A stretch of DNA of 64,000 bases from an uncultured cyanobacterium. Lineage in GTDB: Bacteria > Cyanobacteriota > Cyanobacteriia > Pseudanabaenales > Pseudanabaenaceae. The stretch is from assembly GCA_963703315.1 (NCBI GenBank), contig OY969811.1:4160001-4224000 (forward strand). Reading direction: 5' to 3'. The translations under genes were made by a program, and so were the position numbers. This document shows positions 38,462 to 47,963 of this stretch, piece after piece (the stretch's first letter is position 1; each line of letters starts with the position of its first letter). The notes below the pieces were generated by a model that was not told the origin of the DNA, did not search any database, and was given only the letters and a program-made list of their open reading frames with translations.

Positions 38462-41086
38462 TTAGATCAGCCTCCCTAGTGTCTCTAAGAGAACGTTTTG
38501 ATCGAAGGCACTCTTGACGATGTAAGCATTGGCTCCCACCTCTGCCCCACGTCGTTTATCTTCTTCCGAAGCAAGGGACGTAACCAGAATTACGGGCAGA
38601 TCGGTATATTCCTTGTGCTGACGGATGCGGGCAGTCAGTTCTAAACCATCGAGGTGAGGCATTTGAATATCGGAAACGACAGCATCAACATTTTTGGTGC
38701 GTAATTTATCGTAGCCATCCAAACCATCGACTGCTGCAATGACTTCATAACCAGCGTTTTCGAGAATACGTTTGACTTGGGTACGGACTGTTATCGAATC
38801 TTCGACCATTAAGACTATTTTCTTGCGTTGTACGGATTCTAACAGTTTACTGGTTGAGATAAATCCTGAGCGTTTACGTGCCGATTTTAGTAGGTCAGAT
38901 GGGTTTAAGACCATGCAGACTTCACCAGTGCCGAGGATGGTCGCGCCGCTAACATTGCGAATGCGTTTCAGGAGCTTGCTTTGCGGTTTCATGACCACAT
39001 CCTGCTCGTCAAGGAGGGCATCGACGATTAAGCCTAGACGCTCTACGCCCATTTTTAGGATGATGCATGGCAGAGATTTAATGTTGGTAAGGTTGCGATC
39101 GCTGATATCTAGCTCCAGTAAATCTGACAACCAAGCCACCGAGACAGGGTGTTCATCGATCGTAATCGTGTGACTACCTTCGATCGAGAAAATATCTTTA
39201 TGGGGAATCAGGCGCGTGGTTTGCACAAATTCGACAGGGAGTGCATAGGGCGTATCTTTGACTGCCGCGATCAATACGTGGGTAGTCGCAAGGGTAGTGT
39301 CAATTTGCATTCGGAAAATGCAACCTTGTCCTGCCTTTGACTCTACCCACACATCACCTTTGAGCCGTTCGATGTTGGTGCGTACCACATCTAAACCCAC
39401 GCCGCGCCCTGACATTTGGGTAACAGCTAAGCGGGTGGAAAATCCTGACGTAAAAATGAGGTTTTGGATTTGGGATGCAGACATCGAAGATAGTTCTTCT
39501 TCGCGACAAATGCCACGCTGAATCGCAGCTTGACGGATCTGATCGATATTCAGTCCCCGACCATCATCATTGAGTTCGATGATGATACTGCGAGCATTTT
39601 GCAAACCACGTAAATAAATTGTGGCAACTCTGGGTTTACCAGCTTTTTCGCGCTCTGACGGTAACTCGATGCCATGATCGATCGCATTCCGAATCAAGTG
39701 CATCAGAGGATCTTTGATTTCTTCGAGAATATGTTTATCCGCGCAGGTGTCGCCGCCTTCGATGATCAGTTCGACTTCCTTGGCTTGTTGGCGAGCGAGG
39801 TCACGCACCATGCGGGGGAACAGATTAAACACAGTGGCAAGGGGTAATAAACGCAACGTGCTAATGCCTTCCTTGAGATCCCCTGCGATCGAGTCTAGCC
39901 TTGCATTATCCTCGTAAGTATTGCGGCGTAAATGATTGAGTTGATTACCGAGGCGATCGAGACGTTCTTCGAGACGACGATGGAAATTAGCATTCTTGGG
40001 GTTATTAGAATTTTGGAGTGACTGGCGATCGCCATTTAAGCCATTACTCGCTGCCCCTTTACCATGATTTTTTTCTAGAGCTAAACGACTGACAAAGGTA
40101 TCACGACTCCATTCTTCCCACAGGCTAATAATTTCTTCGATTTCCGTGAGACGTTGCGAGATCCGAATTTTGGTAACGGTTAATTCCCCCACTTGAGTCA
40201 TTAAAGCATCTAGCTTTTGCGGATCAACTCTGATCGTATCAATGCGATATTTATCAGTTTCACTAAAAGTGGCTTGGACATTGGGAGTGGCAGTAGGGTT
40301 ACTTGCACCATTGTTAGCCGATTTCACATCAGGTTGGGCATTTACTTCAGGCGATCGCGCTGCTATTGATTCTGGTATAGGTGCTGGAATAATTGGTGGA
40401 TTTATGTTTGAGGCGATCGCTTCTTTGTTTACAGGAGCATCTTGTGGAGGATTTTGTGGGAGACTTTGCTTACTACTAGGAGCCGTACTAGATGTATGCG
40501 TTTTTGGTGGGGTAATGACGATACCGATGTTATTCGCATTGCCATTACCATTGCTGTAGTTGCCATTACCATTGGTTAAGCTCAGGTTTTGAGGAATTAA
40601 GGTAATCGGTACATAGGGAGCAACTACGGGCGTACTCATCATGATGTTCGCATTGTCTTCAAAGGGATCACTATCCGCAGTTGTTTCTTCTTGATGAATT
40701 TCTGCCCCCATCAGTTGCGCCAAAACTTCAAAAATACTAATCCGTGCTTCTTCATCGGTAATTGCTTCATGCACCAATTGCCGAATTGCATCAAGTCCCA
40801 AATATAGGCGATCGAGCATCTTTCCCGACAGTTCCAATTCTCCCCGTTTTGCCGCCCCCAACAAATCTTCAACTTGGTGAGTCAGCGTCTCCACGCCCGA
40901 AATACCAAGCATTCTGGCATCACCTTTGAGGGTATGTGCTTCTCGCAAGGCTTCCTCTAAGTGCGCCAGATCCTGTGGATTTTTTTCGAGAAACAGAAAG
41001 TCTTCTTCTAGCTTCTGAATATGTTCTTCGCTAGCAATCTTAAAGACATTTCTCAGTTCTTCATCTTCGATGTACATATCACGCAC
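38462..41086 (-). CDS. cheA: Hybrid CheA (Hpt, HATPase, CheW, receiver)
   Basis: AHTLKG, LIRNAIDHGIE, SGRGVGLDVV; C-terminal receiver VVSDIQMP. Confidence 0.95.
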   Translation of the reverse strand: MRDMYIEDEELRNVFKIASEEHIQKLEEDFLFLEKNPQDLAHLEEALREAHTLKGDARMLGISGVETLTHQVEDLLGAAKRGELELSGKMLDRLYLGLDAIRQLVHEAITDEEARISIFEVLAQLMGAEIHQEETTADSDPFEDNANIMMSTPVVAPYVPITLIPQNLSLTNGNGNYSNGNGNANNIGIVITPPKTHTSSTAPSSKQSLPQNPPQDAPVNKEAIASNINPPIIPAPIPESIAARSPEVNAQPDVKSANNGASNPTATPNVQATFSETDKYRIDTIRVDPQKLDALMTQVGELTVTKIRISQRLTEIEEIISLWEEWSRDTFVSRLALEKNHGKGAASNGLNGDRQSLQNSNNPKNANFHRRLEERLDRLGNQLNHLRRNTYEDNARLDSIAGDLKEGISTLRLLPLATVFNLFPRMVRDLARQQAKEVELIIEGGDTCADKHILEEIKDPLMHLIRNAIDHGIELPSEREKAGKPRVATIYLRGLQNARSIIIELNDDGRGLNIDQIRQAAIQRGICREEELSSMSASQIQNLIFTSGFSTRLAVTQMSGRGVGLDVVRTNIERLKGDVWVESKAGQGCIFRMQIDTTLATTHVLIAAVKDTPYALPVEFVQTTRLIPHKDIFSIEGSHTITIDEHPVSVAWLSDLLELDISDRNLTNIKSLPCIILKMGVERLGLIVDALLDEQDVVMKPQSKLLKRIRNVSGATILGTGEVCMVLNPSDLLKSARKRSGFISTSKLLESVQRKKIVLMVEDSITVRTQVKRILENAGYEVIAAVDGLDGYDKLRTKNVDAVVSDIQMPHLDGLELTARIRQHKEYTDLPVILVTSLASEEDKRRGAEVGANAYIVKSAFDQNVLLETLGRLI

Positions 41087-41131
41087 TCCGTTTATATTTT
41101 ATGGAAAGTCTGCCTACGGCAGACTTTCCAT

Positions 41132-42583
41132 TTAGACCACTGCTTGCAACTTCTGAGCCGCAGAATTAAGTTGATGGGTGCTGACTTTGATTTGGGATAC
41201 GCCCGAAGCGGTTTCTCGCGCACCGAGGTTAATCGCATTCATCGCTTCCACGACTTGATTGATGGCTACCGCCTGTTGCTTGGCATTTAGCGAAATCTGT
41301 TGACTGCTGATGAAGACGTTATTGATCGAGTCAGATACGCCTGTAAAGGCTTCTGCCATGCTACGGGCAAGGGACAAGCCTTCGTTTACAGTCTTGTTGC
41401 CTTCATCGGTAACCATGACTGTGGAGTTAATCGCAGTTTGGATGTCTGAAACCAGAGTGTTGATTTTTTCAGCAGACTTCTTGCTTTGATCAGCAAGTTT
41501 ACGGATTTCTTCAGCAACTACGGCAAAACCTTTACCGTGATCCCCAGCACGGGCGGCTTCTACAGCAGCATTCAGCGCTAGCATATTAGTTTGGTTAGCA
41601 AGGTCGCCCACTAGTCCTGAAATATTACCGATCTGATTAGTTTGTTCACTGAGACGCAGAATTTGTTCGGCGATCGCCCCAACTTTATCTTTTAAGGTAG
41701 TCATCTCATCGAGGGTTTGACGGACTGCTTTTGTACCACCTTCAGTGAGAGAGAGGGCATGACGTGCGCCTGAAGCAGAGACTTCCGCTTGTTCCGCCGA
41801 TTGGCGAGATGATGTACCCAGTTCACCCATTGTGGTCGAGGTTTCATTGACCGAGCTAGCCTGTTGCGAAACGGTGCGCTCTTGCTCTTCGACCGCACTG
41901 GCAATCTGTGCCGAAGAACTGGCGATTTCGCTAGCGGCTTGGTTGAGGGTGCTAGCGATCGCCGACGAGATAATAAAGGCAACCACTAAAGCAATCACTA
42001 AAGATGTTGATGCGCCGATTACTGATAGGGTCACCAACAAGTTCAAAGAAGCTTTAGTATTGGTTTCTGCGTCACTGACAACAGCATCTTGACGGACATT
42101 GAACTCCTTCAAAATTGCTTCAAAGGTCTTGAGAACTTCTGCACCAGTCTCTACAGTGTCGATCACAAGCTTACGGTTACCAGCCTTAACTGCTTCCACT
42201 TGACCAGCAGTGATTTTTTGATACTGTTCCGTAATCGCCACCATCTTTTCCATGCGTTCCCTTTGTTCAGGAATTGCATCCTTAGTCACTTCCAAGGCAT
42301 GGGCTTGAGCTTCATTGAGCATTTTGACTCCAGCTTCGTAGCGCTCAAGTATTGCCTTATCGGTGGTAAGCGCATAGCCTCGCGACTGCCTTGAAGTCTG
42401 CGAGAGCCGTAGTTCAAGTTCACTAGCAGCTTTTCCTCGCACTTCCGATCTCAGTGCTGCTTCAAAGTTTTTGCTGACATTTTGGGCTGTTGTATAGACA
42501 CCGATCGCCAACCCTGTAATCAATACCACTGGCACGGAGTAGCCAAGTAGCATTTTACCCCTGAGTTTCAAGTTGCTAAACAT
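41132..42583 (-). CDS. Methyl-accepting chemotaxis protein (two TM, periplasmic helical sensor)
   Basis: [34 protein letters not shown] signalling hairpin. Confidence 0.95.
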   Translation of the reverse strand: MFSNLKLRGKMLLGYSVPVVLITGLAIGVYTTAQNVSKNFEAALRSEVRGKAASELELRLSQTSRQSRGYALTTDKAILERYEAGVKMLNEAQAHALEVTKDAIPEQRERMEKMVAITEQYQKITAGQVEAVKAGNRKLVIDTVETGAEVLKTFEAILKEFNVRQDAVVSDAETNTKASLNLLVTLSVIGASTSLVIALVVAFIISSAIASTLNQAASEIASSSAQIASAVEEQERTVSQQASSVNETSTTMGELGTSSRQSAEQAEVSASGARHALSLTEGGTKAVRQTLDEMTTLKDKVGAIAEQILRLSEQTNQIGNISGLVGDLANQTNMLALNAAVEAARAGDHGKGFAVVAEEIRKLADQSKKSAEKINTLVSDIQTAINSTVMVTDEGNKTVNEGLSLARSMAEAFTGVSDSINNVFISSQQISLNAKQQAVAINQVVEAMNAINLGARETASGVSQIKVSTHQLNSAAQKLQAVV

Positions 42584-42669
42584 AGTCTTTAATCCTAATT
42601 AGTCTCAATTTTTAATGTACGAGTAATGAACTATGGAATAAATCAAGAATTTTATGCCTAGATGCATCA

Positions 42670-43824
42670 CTAAACTTCTTCATTAACGGAAAGGTTGCCC
42701 TCCGCAAAGATTTTGCTCAAGTTCAAAATTCCCATCATTTTTTCTTGATAGAGAACTGTACCTTGCAGATAGTCGCGATCGCCTTCACTGGTTGCCATCG
42801 GATTTGGTTTGATATCGCTCTTTTGTAAATACAGCACATCAAACACACGCTCAACAGGAATGCCCATCACTAGATCGTCAATATGCACAACGATCGCCTT
42901 AGAAGTCTGTTTCTGAGTATCTGCCTGCATATGTAAAGCACGGCGAATATCAATCAGGGTAACGATTTCGCCCCGTAGATTGATATTGCCCACCACGTGA
43001 TCAGGACAGCAGGGGATCGGTGTCACTTTATGAAATTCGGTAAATTCGCGCACAACCTCCAGATCTAAACCAAAATATTCATCGCCCAATCCCACGACCG
43101 CGAGGGGGCGTAACCCCATCAAGTCATTGCGTTGTGACTGCTGCATCAAATGCTCAGCACGAGTATGGAAAGTATGCTTTTCCCTTTCCGTGATCTGGGG
43201 GCAGAAGGTATCAAAAAAATCACCCTGCCTCTTTACCCAATGGTTAGAAGCGATCGCCTCCCTTAATGATGCCAATTCTTCAGCATCATCATGGAAATGC
43301 TCATGGTCTGAGTGATGCGGAGTTGTTGATTTTGAATGGGTAGATTTGGTGGTGATCTCCTCCATTGCATCAGCATAGTCAAATAGAGCCTCACTTTTCA
43401 GCAAAGCAATATTTTCTGATCCCAGTTTTGCCACGCTGCTGATCAGGCGTGATGGGTGACGTGTATAGATCGTACTTTCAATTAATTCAGGGGCGATCGC
43501 AATTACCTCCCGCACTTGATTGACCACAATACCGAGTATCTCCCCCTCATGCTCAATGGCAATCACCGAATCTGACAACTTATAGCCTTGAAAAGGATAA
43601 CCAAAGCGGCGGTTGAGATCCATCACAGGAATTAGCTTGCCCCTCAGATTTAATAAACCCACAATATCTTCAGGTGCATCTATGGCGATCGCCAACTCAG
43701 GTAGCGAGAAAATTTCCTTTACGGTAATCGCATCAATCCCGTAGGTTAATCCATGCAAAGAGAAGATCACGTAAGACGCTTGCGTATACTCTTGAGTCAA
43801 CATCACACTCTCCCCTAACTGCAC
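42670..43824 (-). CDS. cheW: Double-domain CheW
   Basis: Two CheW motifs, GLLNLRGKLIPVMDL and GNINLRGEIVTLID; start may be the ATG at 43803. Confidence 0.9.
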   Translation of the reverse strand: MQLGESVMLTQEYTQASYVIFSLHGLTYGIDAITVKEIFSLPELAIAIDAPEDIVGLLNLRGKLIPVMDLNRRFGYPFQGYKLSDSVIAIEHEGEILGIVVNQVREVIAIAPELIESTIYTRHPSRLISSVAKLGSENIALLKSEALFDYADAMEEITTKSTHSKSTTPHHSDHEHFHDDAEELASLREAIASNHWVKRQGDFFDTFCPQITEREKHTFHTRAEHLMQQSQRNDLMGLRPLAVVGLGDEYFGLDLEVVREFTEFHKVTPIPCCPDHVVGNINLRGEIVTLIDIRRALHMQADTQKQTSKAIVVHIDDLVMGIPVERVFDVLYLQKSDIKPNPMATSEGDRDYLQGTVLYQEKMMGILNLSKIFAEGNLSVNEEV

Positions 43825-45107
43825 TGATATTGAATGCGAGTTACCATTTCATCCTTTGCCGAGGATGTTTTGGTAGCAGTCTGCGTCCCCGAAACTTGTT
43901 GTGTCCGATCAGATCTTTGGTCAAGGTTTTGTCCAGATTTCTGATCTACCCCCGATAGATTGAGATATTGACGTACGAGTTGTTTGAGACTCTCAGCTTC
44001 AAAGGGCTTCGTAATGTATTCATTAGATCCAGCCATTCTGCCTTTCATTTTGTCAAAAAAACCATCTTTCCCCGTCAACATAATGATTGGCAAATCACTG
44101 AATTGAGGCATCCGCCGAATTGTGCGACATACTTCCAAGCCATCGATTTCTGGCATCATCACATCTAGCAACAATAACTTAACGGGCTGATGATACATAA
44201 TACTCAGTCCATCTACAGCATTGCTTGCCACCGCTACTCGACATAGTGGCGATAATGTCCGTTGAATCATCTGCTGCACCACTGCACTATCGTCGATCGC
44301 TAACACCAAAGGCATCGTATCGGCTTTAGGCTGAAAAGTGACCCATCTTTCTTGTACCCATTTAGCGTAGGAATGAGCAATTTGTAAGGGGTCTTTATCC
44401 ACACAGTAAGCAATTTCTTCTAGCGATCGCTTGCCATCCACCCATTCTGTTAAATGCTTTTTGACGCTGGGTGGAATATTGTTGGTACTTCCCACCGTCA
44501 CGTAAGGGATTAATTGCATTGACGTGATCATTGGTTTCAATGATGTCCACCGATCCTTACGATGGGCAAGCTCTAGCAATAGATCCCCAACTTTCCAAGC
44601 GCTGCGTAGTTCGAGAGTTAATTTTTTCTCTAACCGAAAATTCCCCGCACAGTCCCAAATTTGCTCTAACCGCACAATCGTCTGCGCGTAAAATACTGCT
44701 TCAATCTCCCCCCATGTAAATAGCTCCATTGCGATCAATCGTTCAATCAACTCTTGAGTTGAATTAGCATCCTTTAGTTGCCGTGAAGCAAACTCGACGG
44801 CTGGAGCAATCCATTGCCGTTGTAACTTATGTTCGAGGAAATGGATGATTGAATGAATATCTGGTAAGCACGGCACTGCATACATCAGTTGCCCTTGCCT
44901 CCACGCGAGAATACAATTCGAGATTTTCTCGTCTTTAGTGTCTAGTTTCAGGTTTACAGTTCCTGAAAAAGCTATACTCTCTAACTTTTTTAAGAGAGAT
45001 AGCAGTTGTTGATTGTGAAACTTACCTTGCACAGTTTCCACCTCCTGCCCAAATGAGTGTGGATGAATCTCAAAGCTCTTGTTAAGTGAATTAATAATCA
45101 ATTTCAA
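43815..45107 (-). CDS. PatA-type response regulator (N-terminal PATAN/DUF4388-like domain plus receiver)
   Basis: FSGTV..W..GQLMYA N-domain; IDDS, LDVMMP, GFFDKMKGRMAGSNEYITKPF; start uncertain. Confidence 0.8.
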   Translation of the reverse strand: MKLIINSLNKSFEIHPHSFGQEVETVQGKFHNQQLLSLLKKLESIAFSGTVNLKLDTKDEKISNCILAWRQGQLMYAVPCLPDIHSIIHFLEHKLQRQWIAPAVEFASRQLKDANSTQELIERLIAMELFTWGEIEAVFYAQTIVRLEQIWDCAGNFRLEKKLTLELRSAWKVGDLLLELAHRKDRWTSLKPMITSMQLIPYVTVGSTNNIPPSVKKHLTEWVDGKRSLEEIAYCVDKDPLQIAHSYAKWVQERWVTFQPKADTMPLVLAIDDSAVVQQMIQRTLSPLCRVAVASNAVDGLSIMYHQPVKLLLLDVMMPEIDGLEVCRTIRRMPQFSDLPIIMLTGKDGFFDKMKGRMAGSNEYITKPFEAESLKQLVRQYLNLSGVDQKSGQNLDQRSDRTQQVSGTQTATKTSSAKDEMVTRIQYQCS

Positions 45108-45363
45108 GTAATTAAAAATAAATTCTATTCATCTGGTTATTAATTACTTTGTGTTGAGCAAGAGACTACATAGATATTTACGTCTTTTATTATATTAAGG
45201 TTTTTTCGTGATTTAGACGTAATCTCAAACATTAAACTTAACTTTTGTCTATCAGCAATAACTCGTGATATGTCGATGACTGGCAAACCCCAAAAGAGAG
45301 TAGCGGCGCTTTGTACTGCCACTTTCCTTTGGGGTTTTAGCTGTAGCTATAGCTATCAAGAGC

Positions 45364-46572
45364 TTATGTGAGTTGATAACACTCACAAGCAATTTCCCAG
45401 TCTTCTTGAGTATGAATTACTAAAATTCTGACCTTAGAGTTAGGGGTAGAAATATCACAATCGATCGCCCGTTGGTTGTTTTTAGCTAAGTCTAATTGCA
45501 GTCCTAAAAACTCAAACCCACTACAAGCCGCTTCCCTAACTACAGCCGCATTTTCACCCACGCCTGCGGTAAATATCAAAGCATCTAAGCCGCCTAAACT
45601 GGCAATCATTGCGCCAATATGCGATCGCAAGCTATGTACATACACATCAAATGCTAGTTGGGCTTGCTGATTGCCCTCAGCGATCGCCTCAAGAATCGGG
45701 CGCAAATCTGCGGAAATGTCTGAAACTCCTAACAAACCTGATTCACGATTTAAAAGGCGATCGAGTTTTTCCACATTCATGTCAGGTTGTCGCAACAAAT
45801 GGATGAGAATACCTGCATCAATAGAACCAGAGCGACTGCCCATCATTAACCCTTCAAGGGGTGTAAACCCCATTGTTGTATCAATACTCTGTCCATTCTT
45901 AATTGCGGCAAGTGAACATCCATTTCCTAAATGACAAGTAATCATCCGTAAATCTTCGACTTTGCGATTGAGAATTTGAGCGGCGCGATCGCGGCAATAT
46001 TGATGACTAATTCCATGAAATCCATAGCGACGAATTCCCTGTTCTGTATATTTTGTTGGAATCGCGTAGGTATAAGCAGCAGGTGCTAAATGTGCATGAA
46101 AAGCGGTGTCAAATACTGCCACTTGAGGAACATTCCCAAATACTTTTTCAGCAGCGATAATTCCTTCCAAATTGGCAGGATTATGGACTGGTGCGAATAT
46201 GGCTAATTTGGCGATCGCCTCTTTCACCTGATCATTAATGATCGTACTTTGGCGATATTCTGCACCACCATGCACCACCCGATGCCCGATGATATCAACT
46301 TCTGATGGGCTTTTGAGGACTGGGGATTCGCCACTCCATAAAGTTTCCAGCATATTGGTAATAATCTCAGATCGAGAAGTTGCCGCGATTTCTTTTTCGA
46401 TAACTTTCCCATGTTGAGGTTTAACCTTTATTTCGGCAAATCCTTGATGATGTGTCCAGTCGATACTTGCTTCCCAAATTGGCTCAGGTGGCGTGTCGGG
46501 TAGTGCATCTTCTAAATCATATAAGCAACTTTTTTGACTGCTCGATCCTGCATTGAGAATTAGTATTTTCAT
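45364..46572 (-). CDS. ackA: Acetate kinase
   Basis: LNAGSSSQK, GHRVVHGG, FDTAFH, YGFHGISH, HLGNGCS and MGFTPLEG motifs. Confidence 0.97.
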   Translation of the reverse strand: MKILILNAGSSSQKSCLYDLEDALPDTPPEPIWEASIDWTHHQGFAEIKVKPQHGKVIEKEIAATSRSEIITNMLETLWSGESPVLKSPSEVDIIGHRVVHGGAEYRQSTIINDQVKEAIAKLAIFAPVHNPANLEGIIAAEKVFGNVPQVAVFDTAFHAHLAPAAYTYAIPTKYTEQGIRRYGFHGISHQYCRDRAAQILNRKVEDLRMITCHLGNGCSLAAIKNGQSIDTTMGFTPLEGLMMGSRSGSIDAGILIHLLRQPDMNVEKLDRLLNRESGLLGVSDISADLRPILEAIAEGNQQAQLAFDVYVHSLRSHIGAMIASLGGLDALIFTAGVGENAAVVREAACSGFEFLGLQLDLAKNNQRAIDCDISTPNSKVRILVIHTQEDWEIACECYQLT

Positions 46573-46587
46573 GGCTCTATTTTTGAT

Positions 46588-46935
46588 TCAATCTGAAATA
46601 TTCAAGAGTTTTAAGATTATTGATTTTAGTGGTTCTAGATGTTGCTGTGTGACCTCCTAAACTGTCTCTAAATCAGCATCCCAATAATGATGTATCAGAA
46701 TATCGCGCATTCCTGCGATCGCTTTCCAAGGGATTTCAGGATTTTGCATTCTTACGGATTGGGGGATTTTTTTGACTGCTTCGCCAATTAGTTCAAGGGA
46801 TCTAATTACTGCATAGGTAGTTTTTTCATCTTGCTCAAATTGCTGAAGGCTTTTTATGTCAGATGTAAACCTTTCTATCCTCTCAATTTCACGGAGAATA
46901 TCTTGCAAGAAATCGTCAAGTGGTCGTTCGGTCAT
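46588..46935 (-). pseudogene. hepT: HepT (DUF86, HEPN) toxin with a premature TAG at 46657-46659
   Basis: [17 protein letters not shown] (RX4HXY); frame continues DLETV*EVTQQHLEPLKSIILKLL to TGA at 46588. Confidence 0.78.
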
Positions 46936-47372
46936 AGGTAGATGACCTCTGCTAAGATTTTTTCTTTAATTTGGGGCTTGAGTCCATCTTTTGTGACTAG
47001 ATCGATTTTCATTTGGAGGCGATCGCTTAGATAGTTTTGCAGTTCAATTAACCCAAATAGGCTAGGTTTTTGAGCATATTCTACAAGAACATCTATATCA
47101 CTGGCTGAGTTGTAATCACCTCTGGCGTATGAGCCAAAGATTCCTAGCTGGCGAACGTGATATTTATCTGTTAGTTCGTTTTTTAGCTCGGTGAGTATGT
47201 TTTGGATTTCTCTTAGAGTTTTGAGTGGTGTGCCTATGGAATGATTGGGAACTTCCGCAGCACGATCTAGAATGCCTAGAATGTAGCTCTCAACCGTGAC
47301 ATTGCTTTGATTGGCGATTTCAATCAGCTTTTGTTGTAATGATTCAGGAATTTCTATAGTTAATGGTTTCAT
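46932..47372 (-). CDS. mntA: MntA-like minimal nucleotidyltransferase antitoxin with an N-terminal RHH-like extension
   Basis: [21 protein letters not shown] (GSX10DXD); overlaps the hepT start; N-terminus [15 protein letters not shown]. Confidence 0.85.
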   Translation of the reverse strand: MKPLTIEIPESLQQKLIEIANQSNVTVESYILGILDRAAEVPNHSIGTPLKTLREIQNILTELKNELTDKYHVRQLGIFGSYARGDYNSASDIDVLVEYAQKPSLFGLIELQNYLSDRLQMKIDLVTKDGLKPQIKEKILAEVIYL

Positions 47373-47398
47373 TTTACAAATCCTTCCATACTTCATTA

Positions 47399-47611
47399 CT
47401 ATGCTGCTAGGGTTTCAAAGGAAAATCTGAGATTAGATGATTCTTGGAGGCTGTAGTTGAGCTTTTCAAATCCAATAACTACACCAGATTTATTTTTCAT
47501 CAGGATTACTTCATCGCCTGTTTCTTCGCAGATATATTCTTGGTTAGGATCACCAAACCAGACGGTGAGAGTGTTTCCTAGTTTGTCGTAGTAGACTTTT
47601 ACTTCTGCCAT
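47399..47611 (-). CDS. DUF2283-like putative antitoxin (70 aa)
   Basis: KVYYDKLGNTLTVWF..GDEVILMKNKSGVVIGFE; overlaps the upstream gene. Confidence 0.75.
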   Translation of the reverse strand: MAEVKVYYDKLGNTLTVWFGDPNQEYICEETGDEVILMKNKSGVVIGFEKLNYSLQESSNLRFSFETLAA

Positions 47612-47913
47612 AGTTTTTCTCCTTCTTTGATTGCATCGGTGGGATAGGTGGTAATCAGGAATCCGTTGCCGTTGAGTCGTCTGGTGACTGCACAGACCCA
47701 ACGTTTTTGATTTCTGGCTCGATAGAACAGGTAAACATCGCGATCGCTTTTACTGCAACGGATTTCATCGGGTTGTGCGAGGGTTTCGCGGACTTCGGCT
47801 TCACAGTTGAGCATGATCGGATGTTTGATGGTGGTGATGATGTCCCAATAGGCTTGGGTGACGCGAACTGTGAAGTTAAGTGGTGTAAGTACTTCAAATA
47901 GTAATTCCTCCAT
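47599..47913 (-). CDS. DUF4258-like / RelE-BrnT-fold putative toxin
   Basis: KHPIM, PDEIRCSKSD..VYLFY and FLITTYPTD; paired with the DUF2283-like gene. Confidence 0.7.
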   Translation of the reverse strand: MEELLFEVLTPLNFTVRVTQAYWDIITTIKHPIMLNCEAEVRETLAQPDEIRCSKSDRDVYLFYRARNQKRWVCAVTRRLNGNGFLITTYPTDAIKEGEKLWQK

Positions 47914-47963
47914 TTTTGTTTACCCATTGTTTTCAATGAAGTTTTTCATTTACTCTTATCCTC

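Noticed and set aside
47612..47701. N-terminal extension of the DUF2283-like ORF given in the track
   Set aside because: It overlaps the toxin gene out of frame; the ATG at 47611 gives a typical 70-aa protein with an upstream GGAG.
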